Below, piece by piece: positions 9,301 to 18,695 of a stretch of 64,000 bases of DNA; position 1 is the stretch's first letter, and the number at the start of each line of letters is the position of its first letter. The notes under the pieces were generated by a model. It was not told where the DNA came from. It saw only the letters and a program-made list of their open reading frames with translations, and did not search any database. The position numbers were made by a program, and so were the translations under genes. The stretch is from positions 1 through 64,000 of the IMG/VR virus record IMGVR_UViG_2907128583_000005; one strand, 5' to 3'. Source of the DNA: a virus. Its lineage: Duplodnaviria; Caudoviricetes.

Positions 9301-11787
9301 ATCGGTATAACCAGCAGCTTCAAGCTGTTTGGCTCCTTCTTTTCCAAGAGTGATGACCAGCGCTTTAGAAACCTCTTCGAGTTGTTTTTTTACTTTTGTT
9401 TCCTTTTCTACTGAACCACTGCTTTGCTTTAACGACTGTTCAAGAGAACGATGTGCATTAGCCAATTTCGGTAACAATTCTATCTGTCGTTGGTACTGAC
9501 TAACCATTTGTTGTGATGCTGAGTCTTGATCCTTTAAGTTTTGAATCCGATCTCTCGCAGCTTTTTCTTCCTTACCACTATTCATCGCTACGAGCGCTAT
9601 TGCGCCAACAAGTAAGCTCAATCCTGCTGTAGCGGCCGCTGTTGTGACGGTTGCCGTTGCTTGAGCGACAGACAATGATTTCGTAGCAACTGTAGCCCCC
9701 TCGGTTGCTACGGTTAAAGCTCCTTGTGCTACTGTAGCTCCTTCGGTTGCCGCAACTCTTTGGACCGTTGAAAGAGTGGCTCCTTGTGAGGAAACAATAT
9801 TAACATTGTTAGCTACCGTATTAGCGCCAATAGCGGCAGTTTCCGCAGCCTTTGCAGTCGTCAATACTTTTACAGCAGCAATTACATTCATGATTGGACC
9901 GCTTAGAGCTTTATAGGCAAGAAGTAGCCCGCCGATAGCCGCCGTTCCTTCAAACACACCAGGAGGTACTTTTGTAAGCCCAATTAGCAATTGGTCAATA
10001 GCGTCCAGAACATCCTTGATCGTACGCCGCAGTCCATCATCTCCAGCATTATTGAATATTTCCAATAACGAAGCCTTCGTCTGAGCTGCCTTACGCTGAA
10101 TCGTATCCATCTGGACTTTAAGATACTCCATTGTCGATCCGGTTGAACCGATAGAGGCCGCAGTACCCAACAAAATGTCCCCAGCATTCAGTGAAGCAGC
10201 TAATTTTGCGTATTGATATACGCCACGCGATATATCAGCGTAGGATTTCGTAAGGTCATAGTTTTTGTCGATTACTTTGGTCGATAACTCTAACAGGATG
10301 TCTTCTGCCTTTTTCCACTGCTCTGTACCATTTACAACCTCTTTTGTTTGAACTCCTAATCTTTCAATCTCTGCAACCGCTTTATCTGTACGGATCGTAC
10401 CCAAGACTGTTTTCCACATGTTACCCAGGTTTTCCCCACTCAGCGCCGTGTTACGTATACCGGCTGAAATCAAGCCATTCATAAAGTCAAATGAAACACC
10501 AGTTTCCGCCGCTATCTTACCTGTCCGTTCAAAGGCAGCTCCCAAGTCTCTAGCCGGGGCCATCGTATCATGGGCAACCTTGGACCAAGAATCCAGAACG
10601 CGTCCACCAAGCACCATAGCGTCATTACTGTCCTTGATTTGTACACCGTATTGAGCAAAGGTAGACTCCATAGACTTGGTCGCATCTTCCAAGGATACAA
10701 GGTCAACGGTACTGAGCATTGTTGACTTGCGTACCATCTCCTGAACAACGCCTGCATCCTTATACATCCGGCCCCATAAACGTGCTGATTCGGTAACGTC
10801 CATGATTTCAGAACCAAGATCATGAGCCGTCCTGATAAATTTGGTTGTCTCGTCGTGCAACCTCTCAGTGTTCATCACCATTTCCTTAGTACCCTCGTTG
10901 TACTCAAGGAAATAATGCTCATTCGTCTGGACATAGCCAGCCATATTAGATTCAATGCCGACTATGCCCTCTCTTAAGGCTTCCTGTACCTTGTGCATAG
11001 CGGCATATGCCGTGTGGAATACAGCGGCATGGGTAGCCATATCCCCAAGCTTGCCTATCCAACTTGGCGTAATGTTAAAGGTTTGCTTCATCTGCGTTTC
11101 GGTTTGACTTAATGAACGCCTGATTTTCTGTTCTTCCTGAAGGACCTTCTCTCGGACTTGTGCCTCCTTCTGCTCCCTGGTCCGTAAAGCATTAATCCAG
11201 AACTTCTCATAATCTTGAGCGTTTTTCCTTGCTTGCTGTGCTTCCTTATCAGCCATTTGCTGTAACTTCATACGGATAGCCTGTTCTTGCATGAGGACAC
11301 GTTCCCGCGTCTTATCATCCGTTCCTGCCCCTGAAATTTTAGCAGCTCTCTGCCCGGTTGATGTCGCCTTATTTTGAAGGGCTTCCATCCGTTTTAGATG
11401 CTCTCGTTCCTGCTGCTCAATTGCATCCTCACGCTTTTTAACAATAGCCTGCTGCGCTCTTAGCTTTTCGTCAGTTATCTTATTGGCCTGATCTAACTGA
11501 TTCTTTCGAGCAGTATTCAATTCGGCCTGCGCGGTGCGTTGCTTAACGAGCGCTTCGGATTCAGCAAGGATCTTCTTTCGTCTGTCCTCGGCTGAAAGAG
11601 CAAACTTGTCTGCGCTACTGGCGAGAGATTTAAAATTCTTCTCACTTAGTCCGAGTTCTGAATTTAAAACCTTAAAAGATTCAGCATTCGCCCTTGCTCC
11701 ATTGTCGATCACCTTGAATGCGGGTAGTATCTTGGTTGTATCCAAGCTTATACGCGCACCTACTACATCTTTACTTAAATCCGCCAC
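6373..11787 (-). CDS. Tail tape measure protein
   Basis: ~1800-aa helical, Ala/Lys/Glu-rich protein with a TP901-type core and C-terminal FHSGGIV. GTG start at 11787 after a GAGGTGA RBS. Confidence 0.92.
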   Translation of the reverse strand: MADLSKDVVGARISLDTTKILPAFKVIDNGARANAESFKVLNSELGLSEKNFKSLASSADKFALSAEDRRKKILAESEALVKQRTAQAELNTARKNQLDQANKITDEKLRAQQAIVKKREDAIEQQEREHLKRMEALQNKATSTGQRAAKISGAGTDDKTRERVLMQEQAIRMKLQQMADKEAQQARKNAQDYEKFWINALRTREQKEAQVREKVLQEEQKIRRSLSQTETQMKQTFNITPSWIGKLGDMATHAAVFHTAYAAMHKVQEALREGIVGIESNMAGYVQTNEHYFLEYNEGTKEMVMNTERLHDETTKFIRTAHDLGSEIMDVTESARLWGRMYKDAGVVQEMVRKSTMLSTVDLVSLEDATKSMESTFAQYGVQIKDSNDAMVLGGRVLDSWSKVAHDTMAPARDLGAAFERTGKIAAETGVSFDFMNGLISAGIRNTALSGENLGNMWKTVLGTIRTDKAVAEIERLGVQTKEVVNGTEQWKKAEDILLELSTKVIDKNYDLTKSYADISRGVYQYAKLAASLNAGDILLGTAASIGSTGSTMEYLKVQMDTIQRKAAQTKASLLEIFNNAGDDGLRRTIKDVLDAIDQLLIGLTKVPPGVFEGTAAIGGLLLAYKALSGPIMNVIAAVKVLTTAKAAETAAIGANTVANNVNIVSSQGATLSTVQRVAATEGATVAQGALTVATEGATVATKSLSVAQATATVTTAAATAGLSLLVGAIALVAMNSGKEEKAARDRIQNLKDQDSASQQMVSQYQRQIELLPKLANAHRSLEQSLKQSSGSVEKETKVKKQLEEVSKALVITLGKEGAKQLEAAGYTDEAVQVQVDALNKLIEKQNEARKNVLKDQQAQLIEQQKQKINEITEATKELERVKKIIANPIGNFLGTGEFKEDAAKLEEKIKTLEQENNKLTLSVTEVGVALGQAAIETDQFAGKAGTATESVKSQEEALADLREQIQGNGKAISEMNTVLNDLANKQSMNAEAAAELILKYPQLASEIYKTSEGWAFEKNALEVVRKAKIQKAIDDLKSEKASSLSAKLESDDRIAVYIKEAGAIKSLAELKARLNGVMAQSSLEVFNKQKELNNMTGVKSFLNAPFQNQLNQDKKNMEQSKKDIGEIYSGYEKDMKQYDSQINALTKLYNDPKFGVSSSGSKKSKGSGGKKGKSDAERAAEKAVKDASAARKDSYDDDLDNFKYIAERNEWSINQQIAGYKRLAQRHKQYLSEDKDAMKQWSRDVQKLNDSRFQEDVENLERRTERMRQANKQEIEMVKTSLDFYKKEQSKSYLLPANRREIQKQIYDLSVKYNELRYQNSEKWIDKETSKMEMAGQTQIAILKMEYDAYMRMSKAKDRTAEQSFELQQKIYEKRKALEDEFLSDFQKRINYQKSMEAISVSDQLNAWTKMQALYKEGSEQRMEIDVQVHDLKKQLLEDQKKAATEAAKKEKEALEKTRDEEVKRIEAERDAFIEAQDAKIKAIDDLLAKMQTANEDEDYERAMAEKQARLALLQSAVGPEGIAERKQTEKDIEDMQREHNRTLAKRGLEDQKKKLQDEKTEREKDYNDQIEAAKQHYDQLAEKYDEYSDGVESKAEDLKNTQISKESEKNAEILRQLDQFILDYQMKMAEINATSLSASFDTGSSISEKDSDLARYNSNIDKWYSAGAAEKAKLHEENAALRNKYGIKKDTGKLQKFHSGGIVQGQKGAEVPVIAREGEMYLNGQQQSNLWKIINFKMPKLNFSMPDFSMPMASGGSNPQQISNQFVIKSGDTYIEDESAAKVFWSERDNFVRRLQTRGGKS

Positions 11788-11838
11788 TTTACTCACCTCT
11801 TCATAAGGTTCAGGAAACTTTTCCTGCCCTGAATACAG

Positions 11839-11874
11839 AAAAAGAGGCATCCTGCATGATTGCGGATGCCTCTT
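11839..11874 (-). terminator. Intrinsic terminator between the tail chaperone and tape measure genes
   Basis: AAGAGGCATCC...GGATGCCTCTT stem with a U-run on the minus strand. Confidence 0.65.
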
Positions 11875-11877
11875 AAT

Positions 11878-12174
11878 TTACTTGGCGAAGAAACCAAGAT
11901 CAGATAGTGACTTGACCTTCTTCGGTTTTTTATTCTCCACATTGCCACCGTGAAGAATGATTTCAAATTCCCGGTTTCTGTTCTTGGCCTTCATGAGCGC
12001 TCTAATTTTTGGAATAGTCATATTAGACCACTCCGAATCAGAAATACCATTGCTCACACATAAAGCCCAAAGTTCTAACCAGTCCGTTTCATGCTCATCC
12101 TCGACAGGGTTAGACTCCTCCTGTTCATCTTCCTCATCTGACTCTTCATCTGGAGGAAACGACTCAGAATAGAA
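11878..12174 (-). CDS. Tail assembly chaperone C-terminal extension (gpT-like), probably reached by frameshift
   Basis: 99-codon open frame with no early start codon, overlapping the end of 12164..12505. It encodes DWLELWALCVSNGISDSEWSNMTIPKIRALM. Confidence 0.7.
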   Translation of the reverse strand, partial: FYSESFPPDEESDEEDEQEESNPVEDEHETDWLELWALCVSNGISDSEWSNMTIPKIRALMKAKNRNREFEIILHGGNVENKKPKKVKSLSDLGFFAK

Positions 12175-12505
12175 ATCGGTCTAACAAATCATCCAGTACT
12201 GCAATACCGTCCTGGTCAATCAGTTCGTACTCTTTTTCCGTTATTTCCTCAACCAGCACGAGATTAAACACCTTTTTGTACATTTCCTCCACTTTAGGCC
12301 AGTCAACTGCTTCCCGGTCTTCGGTAGCCTCCCATTTTTTCCGGCCTATCGAAAAGGAAAACTTGTGTACTACACCATCCATTTCTTCACGAACCTGACG
12401 TATCAATGCAATAGTCCCGATCTTCACATGCTTTTTGATGCCCTCTGCCAACCGAATTTCTGAACCTATATTAAGAGTTTTATCCAACTGTTTGTCTGTA
12501 CTCAT
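12164..12505 (-). CDS. Tail assembly chaperone (gpG-like)
   Basis: 113 aa, located between the major tail and tape measure genes. Confidence 0.75.
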   Translation of the reverse strand: MSTDKQLDKTLNIGSEIRLAEGIKKHVKIGTIALIRQVREEMDGVVHKFSFSIGRKKWEATEDREAVDWPKVEEMYKKVFNLVLVEEITEKEYELIDQDGIAVLDDLLDRFLF

Positions 12506-12568
12506 TAAATTTCCTCCTCAATGTATGAACCCCCTATCGCTCTGGTAGGGGGTTGGGTTAGTGATTAA

Positions 12569-13357
12569 TTAGATACCGAAAATGATTTCCACTGCATATC
12601 CGTTAGGGTTTTCCGGCGTGATATCCGGTTCCATAATCTCCAGTGCCAATGTGTTAGTGGTTGGCTTTTTGCGTTCTTGGGACACGTCCAAAGTTCCGCC
12701 CCCGAGAGCCTTCCAAATAGTGAGCTGGCAAGGGACTTCTTTACCGTTCCGATCATCGGTTAAGGAAAAACGGTGTACCAGTTTAAATGGCTTCGGACGG
12801 CGTTTACCGCTTAAGCTACTTCTTGTAGCATTCTCTTTTGACCATTTGAACGTAACAGTTATTAACTTCCCTTCGTTTGCAACATCAGATGTAATTTTTC
12901 CATCAGCTGTAACTACGTACTGTTCTGCTGTTGGAGTAGACGCAACACGAGTCAGTTCAGTAAGTTCTCCTGTGTCAGCGTCTTTTAAGTAAACACGGTC
13001 ACTCTTATCTATAAAGGTTCCGTTATACTTCGTTGGAGCCTTTAATTTATAGCCCTCAGTAGCGGTCAAAAATCCTTGCTCTACCTCATCAAATTGAACT
13101 GTGCCTTTTTCTGATTCAGCCCCTTGAGACAACTCAGCCAAAATATCAGAGTAACGAGGAACTTCCATAGAGGCCTTATCCCCTAAATCCTTAGCAGTAT
13201 AGTGGAATGCATATCCACTATCGCCGCCCATTACTTTGTCCCAATCAAACTGCAATTGCAAAGTTACTTTTGTGATTTTATCATCAAGAAACTTGAGCCT
13301 TCCGCCTTCTTCATAAACCTGCGCTGACCCCACACCATCAAATACTAAAGGTTGCAT
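12569..13357 (-). CDS. Major tail (tube) protein
   Basis: 262 aa, beta-rich, in the canonical position upstream of the chaperone and tape measure genes; strong AGGAGG RBS. Confidence 0.7.
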   Translation of the reverse strand: MQPLVFDGVGSAQVYEEGGRLKFLDDKITKVTLQLQFDWDKVMGGDSGYAFHYTAKDLGDKASMEVPRYSDILAELSQGAESEKGTVQFDEVEQGFLTATEGYKLKAPTKYNGTFIDKSDRVYLKDADTGELTELTRVASTPTAEQYVVTADGKITSDVANEGKLITVTFKWSKENATRSSLSGKRRPKPFKLVHRFSLTDDRNGKEVPCQLTIWKALGGGTLDVSQERKKPTTNTLALEIMEPDITPENPNGYAVEIIFGI

Positions 13358-13403
13358 ATAGTTTCATCCTCCTTATATGTGAACACACAAAAAACTGGTC
13401 AGC

Positions 13404-13859
13404 TTATTTGACCAGTTCCCATAGACGCTTATCAATTTCTGCAATGCGACTGTACTCTTTGGTTAGCTTGTAACCCTGTTTTGGATTCCAGATCCCCATG
13501 ATACCCAATCCTTTAGCAAGCGCGATTTTTTCAGCAATCAGCGTTTCCCACTCGGTAGGTTCTGGTTTAGGAGGATTAGGTTGAGTCCAATTCAATTCGG
13601 CTTCATAAGTTGTACCAGCAAGAGTAACAACATTAAATTTGTACTTCTTGGTTGCATTTGCTTCACTAAACCATAGAGTTTCCTGATCATCCGGTTCAAT
13701 TTTAACCCCATCTTTTTCAATACTGGATATGTTGGTTTTAGCCAAAGAAACTCGCTTTTGTGTTGAATCCAGCAACTCATATTCAACGTGGTTAATTCCG
13801 TTATGATCACCGGATCTCCCGGTTGCTTTCCATACAGCTGCATCTGCCATTCTGCTCAC
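13404..13859 (-). CDS. Hypothetical structural-module protein
   Basis: 151-aa ORF in the late operon. Confidence 0.55.
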   Translation of the reverse strand: MSRMADAAVWKATGRSGDHNGINHVEYELLDSTQKRVSLAKTNISSIEKDGVKIEPDDQETLWFSEANATKKYKFNVVTLAGTTYEAELNWTQPNPPKPEPTEWETLIAEKIALAKGLGIMGIWNPKQGYKLTKEYSRIAEIDKRLWELVK

Positions 13860-13860
13860 C

Positions 13861-14295
13861 TCAATTCATTCTCAAGTAATCAACATCGAAAATTGCTTTG
13901 TACCCCTTAGCCCCTTGGATACCAGTAGCAAAATCCGAGTCATAGGATAGCACACAAAGATAGGACATAAACCCCTGTGTAAACAACCTTTTTTCGTGCA
14001 AGGTTTTGAATGCTCTTTCAAATAGAAGCTTTGCTTCATATGCTGTCTTACCATAAAAGTCGATACAGAACTTACCTTCGAACACCAGTGGATTAGTGGC
14101 ATATCGTCCCGGCATGACATATTGGCAGATATGTGGAACTGTATCCTTAGAAACCGTTATCTCAGGCTCCATGCCTTTCGTAAATCGCTTTACGACATCA
14201 GCAGAGGATGATGAAGGAGTAAGCTTCAGCATGCTCATAAGTTCCGAATCTTCTTTCAAAGCATTCTGAACAGCATCAATAAGTTGTAGGCTCAC
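13861..14295 (-). CDS. Tail terminator-like protein
   Basis: Position and size; LIDAVQNALKEDSELMSML N-terminus and FCIDFYG motif. Confidence 0.6.
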   Translation of the reverse strand: MSLQLIDAVQNALKEDSELMSMLKLTPSSSSADVVKRFTKGMEPEITVSKDTVPHICQYVMPGRYATNPLVFEGKFCIDFYGKTAYEAKLLFERAFKTLHEKRLFTQGFMSYLCVLSYDSDFATGIQGAKGYKAIFDVDYLRMN

Positions 14296-14870
14296 TCCCG
14301 TACCTCCTTGAAGTATCTGTGATACGGAAACTCAGTTATTACACGGCTAATGCCATCCAAAATACGTTTCCGGTTAGACTGAATTGCAATACGCAGGAAG
14401 TAGGTTGGTGGTGTGGCCCTAAATGAAGGATCAATATCACCGCGCTCCGCAAGCTCCTCCAAATCTACTCCAGCATATCCCCCACCTGATTCCTTCATGG
14501 TACCGTCAATCGCTCTGTACTTTCCACGGGAACGACCTACAATAATACGATCACCTTTGGACCTCAGTCGGTTCCATGCTTCACTATTCATATAGGTTAT
14601 TAAACCGGGATTTTGGCTGCTGTCTGCCATCTTGGAGCCTTTACCGAATTGTTCAAGCCACGCCTGCCAGTAATCCGCTGTAATGTCGCCTGAAATCATT
14701 TGATTAGCAAGCACGAACATGTGCATCTCCAAATGGTCCCGAACTGCTGGATAGTACTGTATGCCGCTTTTGGCTGTCAGCATGACCAGTTTCGTTAGCC
14801 CAGTAATTTCAACAGCGAGCTTATTCTCCAGATCCTTCGCCGCTTTCACTGAATCATACCCTGTAATCAT
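14292..14870 (-). CDS. Neck/tail completion protein (HK97 gp10-like)
   Basis: AWLEQFGKG and ATPPTYFLRIAI motifs; position in the head-tail joining cluster. Confidence 0.55.
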   Translation of the reverse strand: MITGYDSVKAAKDLENKLAVEITGLTKLVMLTAKSGIQYYPAVRDHLEMHMFVLANQMISGDITADYWQAWLEQFGKGSKMADSSQNPGLITYMNSEAWNRLRSKGDRIIVGRSRGKYRAIDGTMKESGGGYAGVDLEELAERGDIDPSFRATPPTYFLRIAIQSNRKRILDGISRVITEFPYHRYFKEVRE

Positions 14871-15442
14871 CGGCGGTCCTCTGAAAGCTGGACGTGCAGC
14901 AGATTAGGATACTTCATCCTATCAACTTCATCTACCTGGTATGTCTTCCCGCCCATAACGATTCGGTCAGGAATAGCAGTAGTTGTCTCCTCTGGCCTCT
15001 TTACATCAACAGTTGTTTGCATCTGCAAAACAAATACGGTACTCGATAGTAATCCCGGTTCCTGCTGCCGAAGTTGCGCTGTAACATACTGTGCAAAGCA
15101 AACAACATCAGCAGCGACCGATGTAAATTCAGCATCGCCCACCGGATTATCGTTTACGTCATAAGCTTGCTGGTATCTTTGCACCTCTACCACAGCATTT
15201 GTTTTAACCAATGAACAGTAGTTGTCCTGATCTACTGTTTTTCTTAAGGTAAGAACCAAGAATGTGTCCTCTGTCTGCACCAAAGAACCACGATTAATGA
15301 GTGATTCGGGCGAGAATACACCGTTATAGACGTATTCTTTGCCCAATACAGTCGTCGCTTTGGTTTCCCTTGATAGAATCACTACATCTTCGTTTCCATC
15401 CACCACACACGGCGTATGGCGGTGTGAGAACTCATAGAACAA
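14867..15442 (-). CDS. Head closure / head-tail joining protein
   Basis: DRIVMGGKTYQVDEVD C-terminal motif; position. Confidence 0.55.
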   Translation of the reverse strand: MFYEFSHRHTPCVVDGNEDVVILSRETKATTVLGKEYVYNGVFSPESLINRGSLVQTEDTFLVLTLRKTVDQDNYCSLVKTNAVVEVQRYQQAYDVNDNPVGDAEFTSVAADVVCFAQYVTAQLRQQEPGLLSSTVFVLQMQTTVDVKRPEETTTAIPDRIVMGGKTYQVDEVDRMKYPNLLHVQLSEDRR

Positions 15443-15452
15443 GTTGCATCAC

Positions 15453-16019
15453 CTACCTAAATGACCTATGTTCAAACTCATACAAAAGATCGGCTATCTC
15501 TGGAGTAATCATGCTGTTGCCAAAGTATTCAATGCTGTAATCGAAGTCCTTTTTGGATTTCACATTTGAATTTGGATTAGCAGCAAGTTGTCCGATAATT
15601 AGTCCACATGCCACCTTTACCTTATCAGGTATCGTCTCCCAACCGCTGGTATACGTCACTTCCAATTCTGCATAAGCTGAACCAAAAGGAGAGAAGCCAC
15701 ACCAGACTGTGCCAATATCCTTGTCGATATCAATGGTGCTGGTGTCAGTGATTGTTTCGAATCCCGGCGGACCAAAGAAATTACCCATCAATCCCTGCTT
15801 CGGCCTGCCCTTTACCTCCTTCACCTCTACAACTGGGTAATAAGACAAATGCCCTCTCTGCTGATCGGTAAGCGGTATACGCTCGGTATACGTTGTAACT
15901 CCGATCTCACGTTTGCACCGTCCATCAATTACGGCTGATGCTCTGAGAATAAGTGGAGTAGTTAATTTTATCCCTACCGGAACGAAGTCAGAGTCCGTTA
16001 ACTCAAGATACTGACTCAT
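15453..16019 (-). CDS. Head-tail adaptor protein
   Basis: ASAVIDGRCKR and VTYTSGWETIPDKVKVACGLII motifs, typical of gp6/YqbG-like adaptors. Confidence 0.7.
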   Translation of the reverse strand: MSQYLELTDSDFVPVGIKLTTPLILRASAVIDGRCKREIGVTTYTERIPLTDQQRGHLSYYPVVEVKEVKGRPKQGLMGNFFGPPGFETITDTSTIDIDKDIGTVWCGFSPFGSAYAELEVTYTSGWETIPDKVKVACGLIIGQLAANPNSNVKSKKDFDYSIEYFGNSMITPEIADLLYEFEHRSFR

Positions 16020-16423
16020 TCTACATAGCCAGCATCGGCAAGCTCGTCTGCCAGTTCATCCGGTAACTGTGCTTCGCCATCCACGAAGTTAACGACCCCA
16101 TTTTTTAAATGAATCGTGTGAGGACCCTTGCGCTGGCTTGGTGTACCGCGAAGCGTAACTTTTCGGACTGCTGGAATCCTAGCAGCCAGAAAAGAACTGC
16201 GCGCATCATTCAACACCGTTGTTTGAGCATCGAACTGGCTTGGTTCTGCTCCTTCAGCGCCAACCAATGTCTCTGCCGCTGTAACGGCCTCCTTGAATGC
16301 ATCTGCCGATTGTTGAGGATATTGCCCTCCATTTTCACCAATCTCAGCCTGCGCTAACAATGCTGCGCTTTCAGCAATCGCATCTTTCAGCTTATCCAGA
16401 TTCGATTTTGCCAACTGAATCAT
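16016..16423 (-). CDS. Small protein with a FIVAR-like helical domain, downstream of the capsid gene
   Basis: DKLKDAIAESAALL...GQYPQQSADAFKEAVTAAETLV...SQFDAQTTVLNDARSSF resembles a FIVAR repeat. Confidence 0.55.
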   Translation of the reverse strand: MIQLAKSNLDKLKDAIAESAALLAQAEIGENGGQYPQQSADAFKEAVTAAETLVGAEGAEPSQFDAQTTVLNDARSSFLAARIPAVRKVTLRGTPSQRKGPHTIHLKNGVVNFVDGEAQLPDELADELADAGYVE

Positions 16424-16481
16424 CTCCTCTCAACATTAAGAGAGACGGTCACATTAACCGCCCCCTTAGTCTTAAAATTTA

Positions 16482-17483
16482 TTAACCTACCGCCGTAATC
16501 GTTGGACGCTCAATTGTCCCGTAAGCATGAGCGTAACTTGGTCCTTTAGCTACTGGAGCACCGTATTTAATGCCCACATACTGTTCTTGCAGGCTTGATG
16601 TTGTACCCAATTGGAACAAGTAGATCCCCTTTTCTCCAACGTAGTGATATTCAATCATCGGTTCGGTTACAATCGCAATACCATAGTCAGTATTCGATGC
16701 TGTCGTCGCATTTACAGACGATGTAATAAACGGTTCTGGAATAATCGGCAAGAGTCCAGCAGCAGTCATAATAGCCAGTACTTCCAAACCTGCGACAGTT
16801 GTCTTCTTGATGTTGCTGACTTGCGTTTGATTGTTGGCTGCGGTTCTCTCTTCTTCTTCTAAGTAGTGATGAGCAATAGGATGAATATAGATAGCGGTTG
16901 GCATAAGCTCGTACAACTCACTTGCTACCATTGCAGCAACTTTCGCCCGAATACCCGATACAATAGATGCAGTTGGTCCAACAGTGAAAGTGTTTGTAAT
17001 TTGATTGGCAAGGCCCACATATTGAAGAGTTGTAGGGACTGTCAATCCTGTATCTGTCCCTCTCCAAAGAGCTTTACCGTGGGCAAGACCAATGCCATTA
17101 ATCATATCATTCAAATCCTTCGCCTTAAGCTCAGGGAAGTTGTTTTGTTGTTGTCCTAAAGTGATATCGTAATGTCCAAAATTAACTTGGTTGGTCAAGG
17201 CCTTAATCTTCACCCCATGAGGTGTGCGCTCATTGCTAGTGGAAGCAGCCGATGGATTACGTGGATCGACGAATTCGCCGCCTTTAACAGTGTTTTGTTC
17301 ATAGTAAGTTGAAATATCTCCTGTAGCAGGTACGTAATTTAGTCGTCCATCCAATATAGATGTTCGGCGCAATACATCTGTAATTTCTTTTTGGAAATCG
17401 TCTGTAATGATTGCCCCTGGTCCTTGAAATTGCGTTGCTGCTGCCATTGTGACGAATTCAGCTGTTCCTACGCGGTTATTCAT
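16482..17483 (-). CDS. Major capsid protein
   Basis: 333 aa, directly after the scaffold/protease gene, with size and layout consistent with an HK97 fold. Confidence 0.8.
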   Translation of the reverse strand: MNNRVGTAEFVTMAAATQFQGPGAIITDDFQKEITDVLRRTSILDGRLNYVPATGDISTYYEQNTVKGGEFVDPRNPSAASTSNERTPHGVKIKALTNQVNFGHYDITLGQQQNNFPELKAKDLNDMINGIGLAHGKALWRGTDTGLTVPTTLQYVGLANQITNTFTVGPTASIVSGIRAKVAAMVASELYELMPTAIYIHPIAHHYLEEEERTAANNQTQVSNIKKTTVAGLEVLAIMTAAGLLPIIPEPFITSSVNATTASNTDYGIAIVTEPMIEYHYVGEKGIYLFQLGTTSSLQEQYVGIKYGAPVAKGPSYAHAYGTIERPTITAVG

Positions 17484-17486
17484 ATA

Positions 17487-18542
17487 TTACACACTCTCCT
17501 TCTCAGCAAATTGTGCTTTTGCCTGCATTTTAAGTTTGAAAGATTCGGAAGTTGGAAGATTAAGAGCATCGACGGAAGCGCAGAAGGTTTTGTAATCATT
17601 CGCTTCCGCCCCAGCTACAAGATTGGCAGTACTGCCATACTTGGACAATAATGCGGAAGCGCTGAATGTTTTGCGTTCCGGCTCTGCTGGAGGTGCACCC
17701 GCTGCTTTTAACTCTTTCAATTCCTTTTCTAAAGCGTCCGCTTTATCTTGAGCTGCCTTTAGGTCAGCAGCAGCTTGTTCTTCAGCAGTCTTCTGTTCAG
17801 CTTCTTCACTTGCAGCTTTCATGGTGGTGATATCTGTTTTAATTGCTCCCACCTCTGTGACCACGCTTTGTACACTCGCAGTGATAGCGGACATACCATC
17901 TTGTAGCGCCTTCATAGAATCTTCCATCGCTTTAATCTGTTCTGGTGTCATATCAACATCCTCCTTGTTTGTATTCGTATTACGAGCAGCAAAGCTCGTT
18001 GTTTTATAGGCAGCGGCCTCGGCGAACAAGATGGCTGCTCCCGTACCGCAAAACTCTATTACATCCAACACATCTTCAATATCCGTTGCATCCTGTACAG
18101 CAGCTTCCATTTCGAGTGATGCGCCAAACTGATACTCGCTCCAGTTATACTCAGCCGCTAAACCGTTGTAGTAACGAATAGTCGCAACCACATCAGGAAA
18201 ATCCTTTGCGTAAATGTATCCGTCAATCCATGCATACCCATCAAGTGAACGGTAAGCCTTATCAATTACAGCGACTTTAAAGCGCGGGTCATGGTCCGCC
18301 ATACCGTTGGCGTAGTCAATATTCAAGGCCATACCCACGAAGGTTTGAAGATATTGGTCGCAAACATTTGATGAAATACGAATACGTTTCCCGCCAGCAC
18401 CATGAGGTGAGCCATCACTTGGTTGATCAACTGCGAAAAGAGCACATTTGAAAGGGACCTTGTTTGGATGGCCTCCTTCTTCGGATAACTTAAAGTCCTG
18501 AACGCGCATCCGCTGGTTGCTCATTTTCAACGTTTTAAGCAT
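17487..18542 (-). CDS. Prohead protease / scaffolding protein
   Basis: Globular N-terminus (GASLEM, FCGTGAAIL) and an Ala/Glu coiled-coil C-terminus, between portal and capsid. Confidence 0.7.
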   Translation of the reverse strand: MLKTLKMSNQRMRVQDFKLSEEGGHPNKVPFKCALFAVDQPSDGSPHGAGGKRIRISSNVCDQYLQTFVGMALNIDYANGMADHDPRFKVAVIDKAYRSLDGYAWIDGYIYAKDFPDVVATIRYYNGLAAEYNWSEYQFGASLEMEAAVQDATDIEDVLDVIEFCGTGAAILFAEAAAYKTTSFAARNTNTNKEDVDMTPEQIKAMEDSMKALQDGMSAITASVQSVVTEVGAIKTDITTMKAASEEAEQKTAEEQAAADLKAAQDKADALEKELKELKAAGAPPAEPERKTFSASALLSKYGSTANLVAGAEANDYKTFCASVDALNLPTSESFKLKMQAKAQFAEKESV

Positions 18543-18695
18543 TTAGATTCTCACCTCCCTCCGTGATATTTCTGTTGTCTGCGCTCTGCTCGGTTTCTCG
18601 GTGTTGGCAATGACCTGGGATATGTCAGTCTCACAACACTGCAAACAAACCTTGTAAACACGTCCTCACCGCCTCTCAGGGCAAAATAAAAACAC

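Noticed and set aside
9600-9860. Repetitive GCT/ACT-rich DNA
   Set aside because: It encodes Ala/Thr-rich repeats inside the tape measure protein and is not a separate element.
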